Source: Calonectris borealis (Eukaryota). From it: a stretch of 64,000 nucleotides of DNA. The notes under the pieces are model-generated. The model saw only the letters and a program-made list of their open reading frames with translations, was not told where the DNA came from and did no database searches. The stretch covers positions 201,153,140 through 201,217,139 of the forward strand of contig NC_134312.1 of assembly GCF_964195595.1 (NCBI RefSeq). Direction: 5' to 3'. The position numbers were made by a program, and so were the translations under genes. Below, one piece after another: positions 41,096-52,648 of this stretch (within the stretch, counting starts at the first letter, position 1; each line of letters begins with the position of its first letter).

Positions 41096-41887
41096 GATAA
41101 ACTACTTGCTCTGTCAACTCTTGGAGCATTACTAGACATTTTTAGGTTAGACTGTACAACAGTTTCTAAATAGCATCTATATTATATGGACATTTGTTCA
41201 AAAACCTTTTGTCCCCACCTTGAACAGCTCAAACGTGCTTATCGCACATGCACTATACTGCTACACGTACAATGCAGGAGTAACAGAGGAAGGGGTAGCC
41301 ACGTACATGAAAGCTGTCACTCCAACATAATGACACACGAATATCCCCTTTCCTTACCCATCTTCCAGGGTTATGCAGTGACTAAAAGGAGATACAGCTA
41401 CACAAAGTCCCAAGTGCTGGTAGTGACATACCTGATTCTCAGCCAGTGCTGTTCATGCATTTCAGGTGTTCACACTTGGCAAAATGAGGTAGCTGACATA
41501 TTTCAGAGGCTTGTTAACATCTCATGAATACTGTTTGCAAAAAGAGAGGCAACTATTCTAAATCAAAACAGAAATGAGTATTTGTATGTCATGTTGCTGT
41601 TCTAGTTTTATACAGCTTAATGTGACATTCCACAAAATTGAAATGGTGTGCTTTGTTACTTACTCATTTGGCATCTCTTAAATATGAAAGTTTTAAACTT
41701 TCAAGAACTAAAAATTAAAACCTGGTTAATTGAACTTAATACATCTGCACCATTTTGATGGTGAACACTCAAATACATTAAGAATTTATCCACAATAGTT
41801 TTGCTAACAATATAGGCACATAGTGGCATGTAAACTACATGTGGCAACCAGAACAGCAAAGGCACAATCTGGATTTCCACCTCCCAC

Positions 41888-41955
41888 CCACCGTTGTGTG
41901 TTGCGGTTTTTTTTTTGTTTGTTTGGGGTTTTTTGTGTGTTTTTTTTTTTAAACT
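41888..41955. repeat. G/T-rich low-complexity tract (the same A/C-rich motif on the opposite strand)
   Basis: gtgtgttgcggttttttttttgtttgtttggggttttttgtgtgtttttttttttaaac. Confidence 0.9.
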
Positions 41956-44002
41956 TTTCAAGGTGTTGGTTAATTTACAAAGAATATTCTATACTTCATG
42001 CAGAAGTATTACATTTGTATTTCATAGCACAGGACCATTACAGAACTGCTGTCATCTGATAAATGGGTCATTTAAATAAATAAAAAGATAGCAGCTCTTT
42101 GCACTGAGGAATGGAATTTCTGAATTAAAGGACAATACATGTTCTCATCTGTCAGGTTGAGAACATCTGAAATCCTCTATGTTCTTCTTGTCTACAAAAA
42201 GCATTGGCTGCACATTTTCTGGTTTGCTATTTTCAGCTTGTATTTGTTTTCCCTTATGTCACTTGACTAAGATCTCAGAAGTTAAGATGTCTGTAAAACT
42301 ATCAGTTGCTTCTCGAATACAAAGTAGTTTTAAAACACTGATGTAACCAGGAATCTGACTGCGATCCTCTATGAATTGCACCTACTCAGATGTCTTTGTT
42401 CATACCTGCACACCTAACTGTGTTTGTTCGAAGGGAATCACTCTAAGCATAACTGCTTTCTCATCAGGAGACAGTAGCAGGAAAAGTTTCAAACCAGAAC
42501 ACAGCCCTCAGCAATTCAAAGTTAAATCTAATGCAGTGACTTCAAAGTGTGATTCCTGCCCACGGCTCCAAGAATACGACAGTTCTGCATTTTACATAGA
42601 AACGTTACAGTTAGGGCAAGTAAAAAATTTTAGTTTACAAATGGAAAAGATCTTTCTATTAAAAAAGACATTTCACGTAGTTACCTTAAATAGTTCTTAT
42701 ATGCACCATTCCACATTGTGGAAAAGCTGAAATATGCAGTCTGGACTCCACAAGTTAAAGAAAAACAGAATTATATGTATTGGCACAAATACTTACATCT
42801 ACATCTGTACAAAGTAAAAAAAGCTGACAACCCTGTCCCACGAGCGCAGTGTATTCAACTGCTCTCCAACACACACTTTCCTATGTGACTGCCATGTGAC
42901 AGTGAGATGGGAACTTAGTCTTAAGACTGTGGTGCCAAAAAGTTCCAAACTGCTTTGTCAGTTTCTAAACAGAGGAAATCAGAAGCATATCCAAAAAGGT
43001 GTCAGTCCACTCAACATGCTCGCAGCTGTGAGGTCACTGCAACTGCACTCGGTATGCGCCTATTAGCAGCTTTACCTGTAAAAGCAAACAAAGGTTTCAC
43101 GTAAAGATTGTTCACATGTAACTACTGTGTTAAACACTTCTTCAAATGTGTAAGAACAGCATGAGAAAAGGCATACAATTGCTAGTGGCTGAGAAAGGAG
43201 AAAAAAGGAATTTACAATCTGTGCTTAATAAAATCAGTTTATAGTAGCCATACTGAAAGATGAATGGCTTGTAAAAGGACTGAAGTAGAATAGTATTGCG
43301 TTAGGTGGCGTTTAACAAGTTAGCCCCAAATCTGAACTAGAGATACATACATACTTCCATCTGAATACGAGTTCAATTTTTCTGTTTCTTTTTTTTTTTT
43401 GTTTTTTAAAGAAGTGCACAATAAAACATTTAAGAGTGTAAGTTTTAGATCTCAAGATCTAGAAAATTTACTGGTGTGTCTTCCAAGGATAAAATAAACG
43501 CTACCAGAACAGGATCTGTTATTCATCTTGCAACATGTAGTGGGACTACTGCCCAAACCACCTGGAAAATACAACGGACTACACAGACTATTTAAAAGCA
43601 GACAGCATATCCTAGTAAATACTTCCAAGTTCTCCTAAACAAACAAGCAAAAACATCTGTATGCAAAAAATAACTGACACTCCATTTATCTGTTAGTCAT
43701 TAAATTCACCATATAGATGGCAAAAATGTTTAGCTGTAACATACTTTATCCTGGTGCATGAATTATTCTGACTGCAGCATAAAAACATTTAATTATGACA
43801 GAACTAACACCCTTGGCAATGTTCCTGAGTTCTGGCAATGTCACAGTATGGAACTGTAACTGATGCGAACTGGGATGAGGAGACGGTGGAAAGTCCTTAG
43901 TTTTACATTTGCAACATACAACTAGAAGTATTTAGACTATGGAAGAGTTATTGTACAACAAATTAACATACATACACACTTGATTTTGAGAGCATTTTGT
44001 AC

Positions 44003-44086
44003 CTTGGCAGTAGGAGCTTCTGCCAACCGTATAAAAAGCTTGTTAAGGCCTGCAGTAGGGCTGAAGGAATAAATAAAGTGACTATC
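44003..44086 (-). CDS. MPHOSPH8: MPHOSPH8 C-terminal exon: DSHFIYSFSPTAGLNKLFIRLAEAPTAK. Last or penultimate coding exon; stop position unresolved.
   Basis: Minus strand. Acceptor ccttttag|GAT (rc 44087-44092). 28 codons match human DSHFVYSFSPVAGPNKLFIRLTEAPSAK. Similarity stops exactly at a consensus donor AAG|gtacaa (rc 43988-44002). Unspliced read-through would add VQNALKIKCVCMLICCTITLP and stop at TAG (rc 43937-43939). I could not find an exon for the human-like tail VKLLIGAYRVQLQ. Confidence 0.7.
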
Positions 44087-44419
44087 CTAAAAGGAAAAAG
44101 AAAATGGACAAAGTTAATGGCAGGATATGGCTGAAAGCGCTATGCAAGTGGACTAATAGAACACGACATTTTAACTATGCATTTTTTGAAAGAAAGTTTT
44201 GTATACTGCAAAGAACCTTTGGTGCAACCAAAACAGAGAAAACAAGACGACAAAAAAAAAATCAAAAATAGAGATTAATCATTAGAAGTATGAGGCAGGT
44301 TGTTAAAACAAGGCAAAGTAGTTATATTTAAGAACTTAGGTCAAAAATTTGAGAGGCTAGGTGAATTTGAGAAGTGAAACAGCTTTAAATTCCGAATTCT
44401 CACCTGCCCGCTCAAACCC

Positions 44420-44560
44420 TCAGTTCTGAAGTCACAGAATCACAGCAGGTTGGAAGGGAACTCTGGAGGTCATCTGGTCCAACCAGGCACCATCTGGTGC
44501 TCCAGCAGGGCCACCTAGAAGCAGGTTGTCCTGCACTACGTCCCTGCCTTTTAAGGCATA
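44420..44560 (-). mobile_element. Short CR1 3' tail fragment, reverse orientation
   Basis: The rc reads …ggacaacctgcttctaggtggccctgctggagcaccagatggtgcctggttggaccagatgacctccagagttcccttccaacctgctgtgattctgtgac, the CR1 ORF2 end plus 3' UTR. Lies between the last two MPHOSPH8 exons. Confidence 0.8.
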
Positions 44561-44779
44561 AATTTTTATGAAGCCTAGTATATGCAAGGTTTGCACTTCT
44601 CTCCATATACAAAGAAAAATTAAGATTCATTTTAAAAGAAACCTATCATGATAAAAAAATGCTTCATGACAATACTCAAAATCCAAATTAAGATACTAAG
44701 ATTTCCCAGGCTGCTCCATAAAGCCGTTTCAGACTTTATAAAGCAGTTTCATTGTCAATCAGTTTATGAAAAGATTTAC

Positions 44780-44907
44780 CAAAAATACAGGGAGCTGGAA
44801 TTTGTCGTTTAAAACCACAGCTTGTACACTGCATGGTCCACAGAGCCGAGCAATGACTTCTTTACCAAAGAAATTTGCATGGAAAACAAAGAGAAGAATT
44901 CCAGATC
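44780..44907 (-). CDS. MPHOSPH8: MPHOSPH8 exon: (G)SGILLFVFHANFFGKEVIARLCGPCSVQAVVLNDKFQLPVFL
   Basis: Minus strand. Acceptor ccctttcag|GA (rc 44908-44910), phase 2. Donor TTG|gtaaat (rc 44773-44779). 128 nt. Matches human GSGILLFIFHANFLGKEVIARLCGPCSVQAVVLNDKFQLPVFL. Hand-translated. Confidence 0.88.
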
Positions 44908-46182
44908 CTGAAAGGGAAGGCAAGTCAGTCACATGAATTTGAAATGAGGTCCATTATTTAGAACAACTGCATACACTGAACATTTGAAGACAGGTACAAA
45001 TACATATAAAAATATTATATAGTATATATTAAACACCAATGGAGCATCAAAGCAACATGCAGAAATCCAATCTCCCAAGCCAGTGGATCTCAGCACAGAT
45101 CACAACTGACTTGGTTACTAAGTTAAGGTCTTTTGGCAGCAGAAATAATTTTATGTGGCTATTAGAAAGGACAGCAAAATGGATACAGCAGTCCTTGGTA
45201 CGCTTCACCTCTGTGGTTTTAGGTTTACCTAAAGAGAGTTATGAATTTAGCGTGGTTTGGGTTGTCTATTCTCTTGGTAAGGACATCCGAGCCCAGCCAA
45301 TTATAGATCTTTATGAACTGCACTGAAATTCAATAAGCAACAGTCTTCAATACCCACAAATGCCTCATTTTAATACATAATCTTATATAAGGTTTCTTAA
45401 TTCTATAAAGGATACCTATAATCAAGAACTGAACATTACAACTCTTAACAACCAGAAAACCGGGCAGACACAACCACCTTCAATCTTAGTTTAAGTAGTA
45501 TTTCAGTCACATTAATGTATTATTTTGAGAAAAATCAGTAACAGTAGATATTCCCCTCATGTACTCAAAAGGTGAATAAAAATGACTCAGCTAAGCCAAG
45601 CATCAGAGATTAGCATCTGGATTCCTGAAAGAATGAAGAAACATTCCCGAGTATCTTGGGAATTTGATTCCCAGCTTTTTCAAAGGGTTTGTGGGCAAAA
45701 CAGAGTTGATTGATGCTGGCTTCTTTTTAATAGTATTTCTAGACTGCATTTATATCATGATAGTGCTGTGACTATACTCCAAGACTCCGGTGCGTTAGGT
45801 ACTGTCTACAAAACAAGATGATCCACTACGAGATTTTTGAAGTATGCTCTTAGATTAAGATTTTTCAAAATTATTAATTCTAAGGTAAACCACTCCTTTC
45901 TTATAATACCTGTCACTTAGCTAATGTGACCCTCACAAAGCTAACGTAACCCATGAACAGAAGAAAGAAACTGTGTATGTGGCATTAAGAAAAACTCTTA
46001 AAAAATAAAAAGATATACACAAACCCCACCCACAATGCATCAAAACACTGCTCCTCTTCCCATACTCCATAATCAGAGCATCCTTAATGTAATGTACTGC
46101 AATATAATGTCATACAAAAATAATTTTGCATCGCAGATCCTCTAAGACATACTTACAAGGCAGTTTCTTAACACACTGTTCT

Positions 46183-46245
46183 ACTTTTTTTTTTTTTTTT
46201 ACAAACCAAACAAAAAACCCGCCACAACAACAACCCCCCTACCTT
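46183..46245. repeat. T16 homopolymer followed by an A/C-rich tract, abutting the MPHOSPH8 exon donor at 46243
   Basis: tttttttttttttttttacaaaccaaacaaaaaacccgccacaacaacaacccccctacc. This low-complexity run supplies the intron start for exon 46243..46397. Confidence 0.9.
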
Positions 46246-46397
46246 CTGGCACATTTTGTGGGGGTTTATAGTTAAAATCCGTAGAAAAGTCTGGCCCTTC
46301 ACAGAGACGATGACACGCAATTGGAAAGACTGGCTCCAGCAAAGCAAGACGAGCTTCAAAATAATCCCTGATGGTATCTTCTGCTACTCTTGAGAGC
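46243..46397 (-). CDS. MPHOSPH8: MPHOSPH8 exon: (T)LSRVAEDTIRDYFEARLALLEPVFPIACHRLCEGPDFSTDFNYKPPQNVPE(+1)
   Basis: Minus strand. Acceptor ttttag|G (rc 46398-46403). Donor GAAG|gtaggg (rc 46234-46242). 155 nt. Near-identical to human TLSRVAEETIKDYFEARLALLEPVFPIACHRLCEGPDFSTDFNYKPPQNIPEG. ORF track 46199..46543. Confidence 0.9.
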
Positions 46398-48299
46398 CTA
46401 AAAGACCAAACAAGCGAGGCCTGTACTTCACATAGTAAAATTACTTTACCAGACAGACTTAATGAGAGCTGACGTAAAAAAGGATTCCAGATTACCCTTC
46501 TGGATTCCCGATTTTCAGGAGTGAATGCCTTCATCACTAGCATTTATGCATAGGTGAACCCCAAGTCCCAATACTTTGTTAATAAAACATTTTATAAGTG
46601 ATCTGTTTGTGAAATTCATCTATCAAGTCCACAAAAATAAAATGCTGAGACAAATCCACTGCAGCAGATTAAAAAAAATTCCAACTAGCCACATATTTTT
46701 AAGGGTCTTTATGTAGAGAGATGTCCCCGAAATGTCAATATGTACCTAGTGGGTAAACAGAAACAGACAACCACTTCCCCAGCGTGGCTGATTTATCAGC
46801 TGACAGCAAGTGCAACGTAAAAATAAATCAGTCACTGTATAATTTTACTGGCAATACTACTAGAAAAATGTAGTTCCCAATTAATTCTACTAAAATGCAG
46901 TGAAAAAGTAGCAACACTACCATTAAAAGAGCCAAATTGGGGTTGTTTGTTTGATTTTTGGGTTGGGGGGTGTTAATTTAAGCGAGCAGCCTAGCCTTCA
47001 AAAGAGAGACCACATTAACCAACAGTATTTGGCACTTCTACAAGCAGGTTACTAAGTAATCCTCTTCAGAAAGCTGTTTTGACACAAATGGGTTTTAAAC
47101 GCTTTTGCAAGGCAAAGGTCCTGACTCTCTCAGCTTTATGGCTTTTTGAGCTATTATTCAGAGCACACTTCCCCTCCATGCTAGCCGAGATTACCATCTG
47201 CAGAATCTAAAACTTAAGTGTTTGATCGGAAAGAAACCACAAGAATTGCCATACCAAAGCAAGCCCGGAAGCCCATCTAGCCTAGTTTCCAGATGCTAGA
47301 CAAAGCTGTATTAAATATGGGAAATTAAACAGTTGTCTTTTTTGGTACACTGTCCTAGTTTCCTGATTTAGAGGCATCCAAAACTAGAGAGACTGCAGCC
47401 AAATTGCACCTCTCCTTAGATCTACTTAATCCCTTCTAAAATCCCACATATTTGTGACCACAGCATTCTGCAACAATGAGATCGGTAATTCAGTTTTTCT
47501 GTGCAAAAATATTCATCCACTTCAAACCTATCACTAAATCATTTAACAGGATGGCCTGTAGAACCTGCCTCATGGCTTTGGGTTATTTTTTGTTGTTGTT
47601 TTCTGTTTTACATTTTGACCTTTTAATCTGTCCCAAGGTGACATGTATCACATCCCTCAGTCTACCCTCACAGAAGCTACTCCTGATAATCTTTGCTTTT
47701 CCTTTTTGCTTCACCTGTTTTTGAAACAATGTAACTGGAATGGCAGGTGCGATTTAAGGCATTCGGACACCACAAATTTACATTTTATTTTCAGCTTCAC
47801 TACTACTATATTATCTTCGTTTTTGACTGACAAGAAGCACTGAACTGATATTTTCAGGTAATGAGCCTAGAAGCTTCTTCAATTGGCAAGAGCTGTGTTA
47901 TTCCCTGTATAATTCACATTACTACAGTGATACCTCCTGGACATCACTTTGCATTTATCAATATTAAATTTCAACTGCCATTTCACTGGCAAAATTACAT
48001 GTTCAAGATCTTCCAAAACTCGTTATTCAGATTAGCCAAAACTGAAGGTGGCAGATTTTAAATAGGAAACAAACTGGAAAAGGCATCGAACAGTGAATGA
48101 GTGACAAAGTTTCAATACACTGAACAGCAGGTACCAGATCACTTATCTGCACGCTTGCTGTTGCCCTCAAAACCTTAACTCACAAGTCATGATTTCCTTC
48201 CTTGGGGAAGAATCAGCATACTCCATTTATCCACTTCAACTGCCCTGCTCACTTTAACAAGTGAGCTACAATACCTCAGACAAGCTTTACAGTGCATTA

Positions 48300-49325
48300 A
48301 AAATACTGGCATCACAATACTTTCCTCCCAGTATGAAACTGGATCAGAACACATCAGTTCAGCAAAAATCAGTAGCACAAAGTCTAGCTGGAAGCCAGTC
48401 ACTAGTGGTGTACCCCCAGGGTCAATACTGGGTCCAGTCCTGTTTAACATCTTCATTAATAGTCTGGATGATGGGTACCCTCTGCAAGTTTGCAGGTAAG
48501 ACAAAACTGGGAGGAGTGACTGATACACCAGAGGGTTGCGCTGCTATCCAGAGGGACCTGGACAGGCTGGAGAAATGGGCCAACAGGAACCTCATGAAGT
48601 TCAACAAAGAGAAGTGCAAAGTCCTGCATCTGGGGAGGAACAACCCCAGGCACAAGGACATGCTCGGAGTCACCCAGCTGGAAAGCAGCTTGGCAGAAAA
48701 GCACCTGGTGGACACCAGACTGAACACGAGCCACCAATGTGCCCTTGCTGCAAAGGCAGCCAATGGTATCTATCCTGAGCTGCATTAGGCAAAGTATTCA
48801 AGGGAGTGGACCTGGAGTACTACGTCCAGTTCCACTACTGGAGAGATACAGACATACTGGAGAGAGAGCAATGAAGGGCCATGAAGATGATGAAGGGACT
48901 GGAGCATCTTTCCTACGAGAAAAGGCTGAGAGAGCTGGAACTCTTCAGCCTGGAGAAGAGGAGGCTCAGGGGGATCTTACCAATGTATATATATCAATGA
49001 ACACCTGAAGTGAGAGTGCAAAGAGGCCAGAGCCAGGCTCTTTTCAGTGGTGCCCAGGGCCTGGACAAGGGACTATGGGCACAAACTGAAACACAGGAGG
49101 TTCCCTCTGAACATAAGGAAACACATTTTTACTGTGAGGGTGACAGAGCACTGGCACACGTTGCCCAGAGAGGTTAGGAAGTCTCCATCCTCAGAGATAT
49201 TCAAAAACTGTCTGGACAGGGTCCTGGGCAACCAGCTCTAGGTGGCCCTGCTTCAGCAGCGGGGTTGGACAAGATGACCTCCAGAGGTCCCTTCCAACCT
49301 CAACCACTCTGTGTTGCTGTGATTT
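48300..49325 (+). mobile_element. CR1 LINE fragment, ~1 kb: RT domain through 3' UTR. Inside an MPHOSPH8 intron, antisense to the gene.
   Basis: Plus ORF 48261..48788 gives …[30 protein letters not shown]…[95 protein letters not shown]…. Downstream come [42 protein letters not shown] and the tail …ggtcccttccaacctcaaccactctgtgttgctgtgatt at 49270-49325. Confidence 0.9.
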
Positions 49326-50705
49326 TGTAATTTCATAACTAAGCTCCTTTAGAACTCAGGCAAATACATAGGCAAATACAACCTTGCCCTGGGAATGTAT
49401 TTATTTGTATTTTACTGGTTTGCACTAAAACATTTTTTACCTGACATTTCACTTTGCAAATGTTCACAAATTTCTCTGCCTTACAGAAGGGCTCCCTAAC
49501 CTCCATTGTGACCACCGCTGCAACGATCATATGGGAGCGTTTGCTTACAGATCTTACTTTTTAGACTTAGCATGCTTAAATTTAGCATTTAATAATGTTC
49601 TAAGGGAAGTGCACGAATAACTCTTTAAAACAGAATAAGAATATTGGTAATACTACAGTACATATCAGTGATTGTTACAAGGCAGTTTCTGTCAAGACAG
49701 ACTTAGGATGTTAGCTGATAGGAAACATAAGAGATCAGAGACAGAAAACAACCGGGGCTTTCTAAACGCTAAAATAGAAGAGAATGAGCTTTGATTACAA
49801 ACTACTTGATAGATTGTCTTGTATTATATAGATAAATCATTAGGATAAAGTCATCATAAACCAATAAAAGGATCTTGCACTGAGACAGTGTTCTTCCAGC
49901 ACTAACTATGCATTCATGGCAAAATCTCACCTGCTGCAGAAGCTCTGAGACCCTCCTTGAGTCTTTTCTCTGAGTTTAGAGGTTGTTAGTTATGATTTTC
50001 TGCCCTGATATGTTAACTATCAGTATTCTTCCAAAGCAGTATTTAAAGAGCTTGCTCATTCTCTTTGTTTTGTCTCCATTTAGCATCCATATTCACCAGC
50101 TCAGTATATTTTACATGACCATATGACATGAACACTTCACATACCACATACACTGCACTGCTCCTCAGTCATTCTGTTGCGTGATGAAGATTTTTATTTC
50201 TATCATTTACTGGCATGAAAGCTTTACCCCTGGCACTCTCAACTCGCAGCTGACGTTTAAGGGTCCAACAACACCCTAACTATCTGCACTGAGTTTTCAC
50301 GGTGTTTTTGTTTGATGTTCTTTTGTTTGTTTCTATTTTTTTTAATGCTTTTTAGCAAGGTATTTTATTTGGCACGCCCTAACAAGTTTACGTTCAACTG
50401 TCCAGTGCTTATACACTTCTTAGTTTTCCCAACTACTGTATTTCTAGTTTAAGGAATCTTTCACTTCTAGTAATTCCCTTTTCCTCCTTTCCAGTGTTTT
50501 TACTCAGTGTTTAAGCAAGTGTCTGCTAATTCTGTTAGCTCACATCATTTTCATTTCACATGATTTATTAGTTAGCTTTTTGCCCAAACCAGATCTGTTT
50601 TCTTTCCTGAAATTTCCCCCTATTCCCCTTGACTTAAACCAAAATTATGACGTGCCCAGTATTGCAAACTTTACCAGAACAAACTTCAAAGTACAGTTTA
50701 CTCAC

Positions 50706-50860
50706 GTTTCCAAATGACTCTTGAGCTGTTCGTACACCAGTACATTATTACATTGTTTAGCAAAATGCAGCGCGCTGTTCTGATGCTTTGACAAAATGTT
50801 ACAGTCCGCTCCGCTTTCAATCATAAGCCGCACTATATCAGAATTCCCTCTTTTACAAGC
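50706..50860 (-). CDS. MPHOSPH8: MPHOSPH8 ankyrin-repeat exon: ACKRGNSDIVRLMIESGADCNILSKHQNSALHFAKQCNNVLVYEQLKSHLE(+2)
   Basis: Minus strand. Acceptor ctgcacag|GCT (rc 50861-50865). Donor GAAAC|gtgagt (rc 50698-50705). 155 nt. Near-identical to human ACKRGNSDIVRLVIECGADCNILSKHQNSALHFAKQSNNVLVYDLLKNHLET. ORF track 50702..50926. Confidence 0.9.
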
Positions 50861-51127
50861 CTGTGCAGAAAGTGAGAAGATGGAAGGATGGACAACAATC
50901 ACAACCCCCCCGTTAGAACAGAGCATAACATTGGAATAAGCAGAACTGCAGAAATGAATTAAAATCCAAAATTAGTTACAATTCAGAAAACAAGTTTAGG
51001 TATTTGCTCTGCGAATGCTAACACAACTCGAAACTCAGGATCATGCTCCATAAATATTTTATCTTTACCCAGGCAACACTACACACCTGATCCCACAGAA
51101 GCAGCAACGCTGAGGGTTACCAAATTG

Positions 51128-51190
51128 ACTTAATTAGGGGAAAAAAATAATAAAAAAAAAAAAAAACAAAAAAACAACCCCAAAAGTTCT
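51128..51190. repeat. A-rich / A/C-rich low-complexity tract
   Basis: ggggaaaaaaataataaaaaaaaaaaaaaacaaaaaaacaaccccaaaag. Confidence 0.85.
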
Positions 51191-51682
51191 GTGAAAACAT
51201 CTAACCTGCTGGAGTTCAGTAACTGTAAACTTTCTTGCAATTGTTTACCTGAATAAATGGGTTTCTGCAGAAGTATTCAGAATGACTAAAGTAACACTTC
51301 CAAGTGTCTGTTTCTAGGAATTTCAGTTCAAATGGTACTTCAGCTGTGCAGTAAATTAACAATATTTGCCCTAATTGTTATTTAGCTATGTTATGAACTG
51401 CCTAAGTGTCCAACACTGTTCAATGTTACTTACAGCAAGAATTTCAGTGCACGTCAACCGAAGACTTAGTAAAAGTACAGGGAAGTCTAAAGAAAGCTTT
51501 ACTTTGAAGAATGCAAACACATGCTCTCGGCTGCTTGTTTTCAAACACTTCACTCAGACAAATTATGGAAAGGCACAAGAGATATAAATTTCTATCTTCA
51601 TGAGGCCTTTCAGAAGTTAACTTCAGAATTTTGTCTCAGCTCTGAACTTTCATCTGTACTTTCAATCCATAATTTTCCATAA

Positions 51683-51745
51683 ATAAACAAACCCACCTGC
51701 CCCCCCCCCAACAAAAACCCCACAAAAAATCACACACCACCTCAG
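51683..51745. repeat. A/C-rich low-complexity tract
   Basis: aaataaacaaacccacctgcccccccccaacaaaaaccccacaaaaaatcacacaccacctcagaaaaag. Confidence 0.85.
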
Positions 51746-51750
51746 AAAAA

Positions 51751-51796
51751 GGAATTAAGTGCCAAGACTTAAGGAATTAAGTGCCAAGATTTTGGA
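51751..51796. repeat. Tandem duplication, ~22-bp unit x2 (ggaattaagtgccaaga-ctt/ttt)
   Basis: ggaattaagtgccaagacttaa | ggaattaagtgccaagattttgg. Two adjacent near-identical copies. Confidence 0.8.
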
Positions 51797-52561
51797 ATGA
51801 AGTGGCTGAGGAAACCACAAGTGCATTACCATTTTCTTTACAGAAAACGTGAATTCCCCAAACTTGTTAAGCCTTGCATAGGATAGAAGAGAAACAACAC
51901 TACATTGTCTTGGACAGAAAAGCTTTTATAATCCCTTCTGCAAACAAATTGCCTTAAAAAGCTTACATATAAATACAGCAACTTTACCAGGAAGGGGAAC
52001 TTTGGTGAAATTATTTGATATAAACAACAAAAAAAATATTAAGAGGAGCACAGACTGGTTTTTAAGGATCTTAGAACTTTCCCCTTACAACCAAAAAAAA
52101 AAAAAATTTCCTTTGTGATGGGAGGGAGTGAAGGTGCAGAACAGCAGTGGGAAGGAGACTGGAAACCAGTTATTTTATTTCTGGCCTGTGATGAAATGAC
52201 AAAAGTCAATCACAGCAACATTCCAGTGAAATACTTTCCTTTCTGGAATTTTTCTCTTCCTGCTGACAACCAGATTATCTCAGTTTTAAGACCACATCTG
52301 CACTTCTTTGAGCCAAACAATGGAAGAGTATGATGAGCCACATTTAGCACTGTATGCTTATGGCATCTACATTTATTGTTCAGATAGAACAGTAAATTAA
52401 AAAAATGGATTAAAACATTGCCTAGAATAACTAAGAGTAGTATTTGTATTTCAAATATAGTACATGTTCCCTAAATCAACTCTACAAATATGCTTTTATG
52501 TTTTATTAGTTTGCCAAAAGTATTTACTATTAAACCATGTTAGGACAAACATTGAATTTAC

Positions 52562-52648
52562 CTTCATTAAAGCAGTTTCACCACTGCTCTGCTGCATGTT
52601 CACATATGCCCCAGCTTCCAGAAGAATAGCTACTGTTGTTAGGAAATT
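52562..52648 (-). CDS. MPHOSPH8: MPHOSPH8 ankyrin-repeat exon: NFLTTVAILLEAGAYVNMQQSSGETALMK
   Basis: Minus strand. Acceptor tttttttttcag|AAT (rc 52649-52660). Donor AAG|gtaaat (rc 52554-52561). 87 nt. Matches human NFLTTVAILLEAGAFVNVQQSNGETALMK. Hand-translated. Confidence 0.88.

Noticed and set aside
41186-42730. Intergenic ORFs of 113 aa (41186..41527+) and 119 aa (42371..42730+)
   Set aside because: No similarity to anything I recognise, Cys/His/Ser-rich random-looking composition, no splice or Kozak context. This is the expected frequency of 100-aa open frames in 64 kb of AT-rich DNA.
43741-43900. Candidate extra 3' MPHOSPH8 exon encoding …IIKCFYAAVRIIHAPG* (rc of 43741-43870) or VKLRTFHRLLIP… (after acceptor ttctag at about 43915)
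   Set aside because: Neither aligns convincingly to the human tail VKLLIGAYRVQLQ, and there is no clean acceptor plus stop. Left as an open question in the findings rather than annotated.
48187-49008. Cluster of overlapping ORFs (109-175 aa) on both strands
   Set aside because: Inside the CR1 copy at 48300-49325. The plus-strand RT frame is real transposon coding remnant and the others are shadows.
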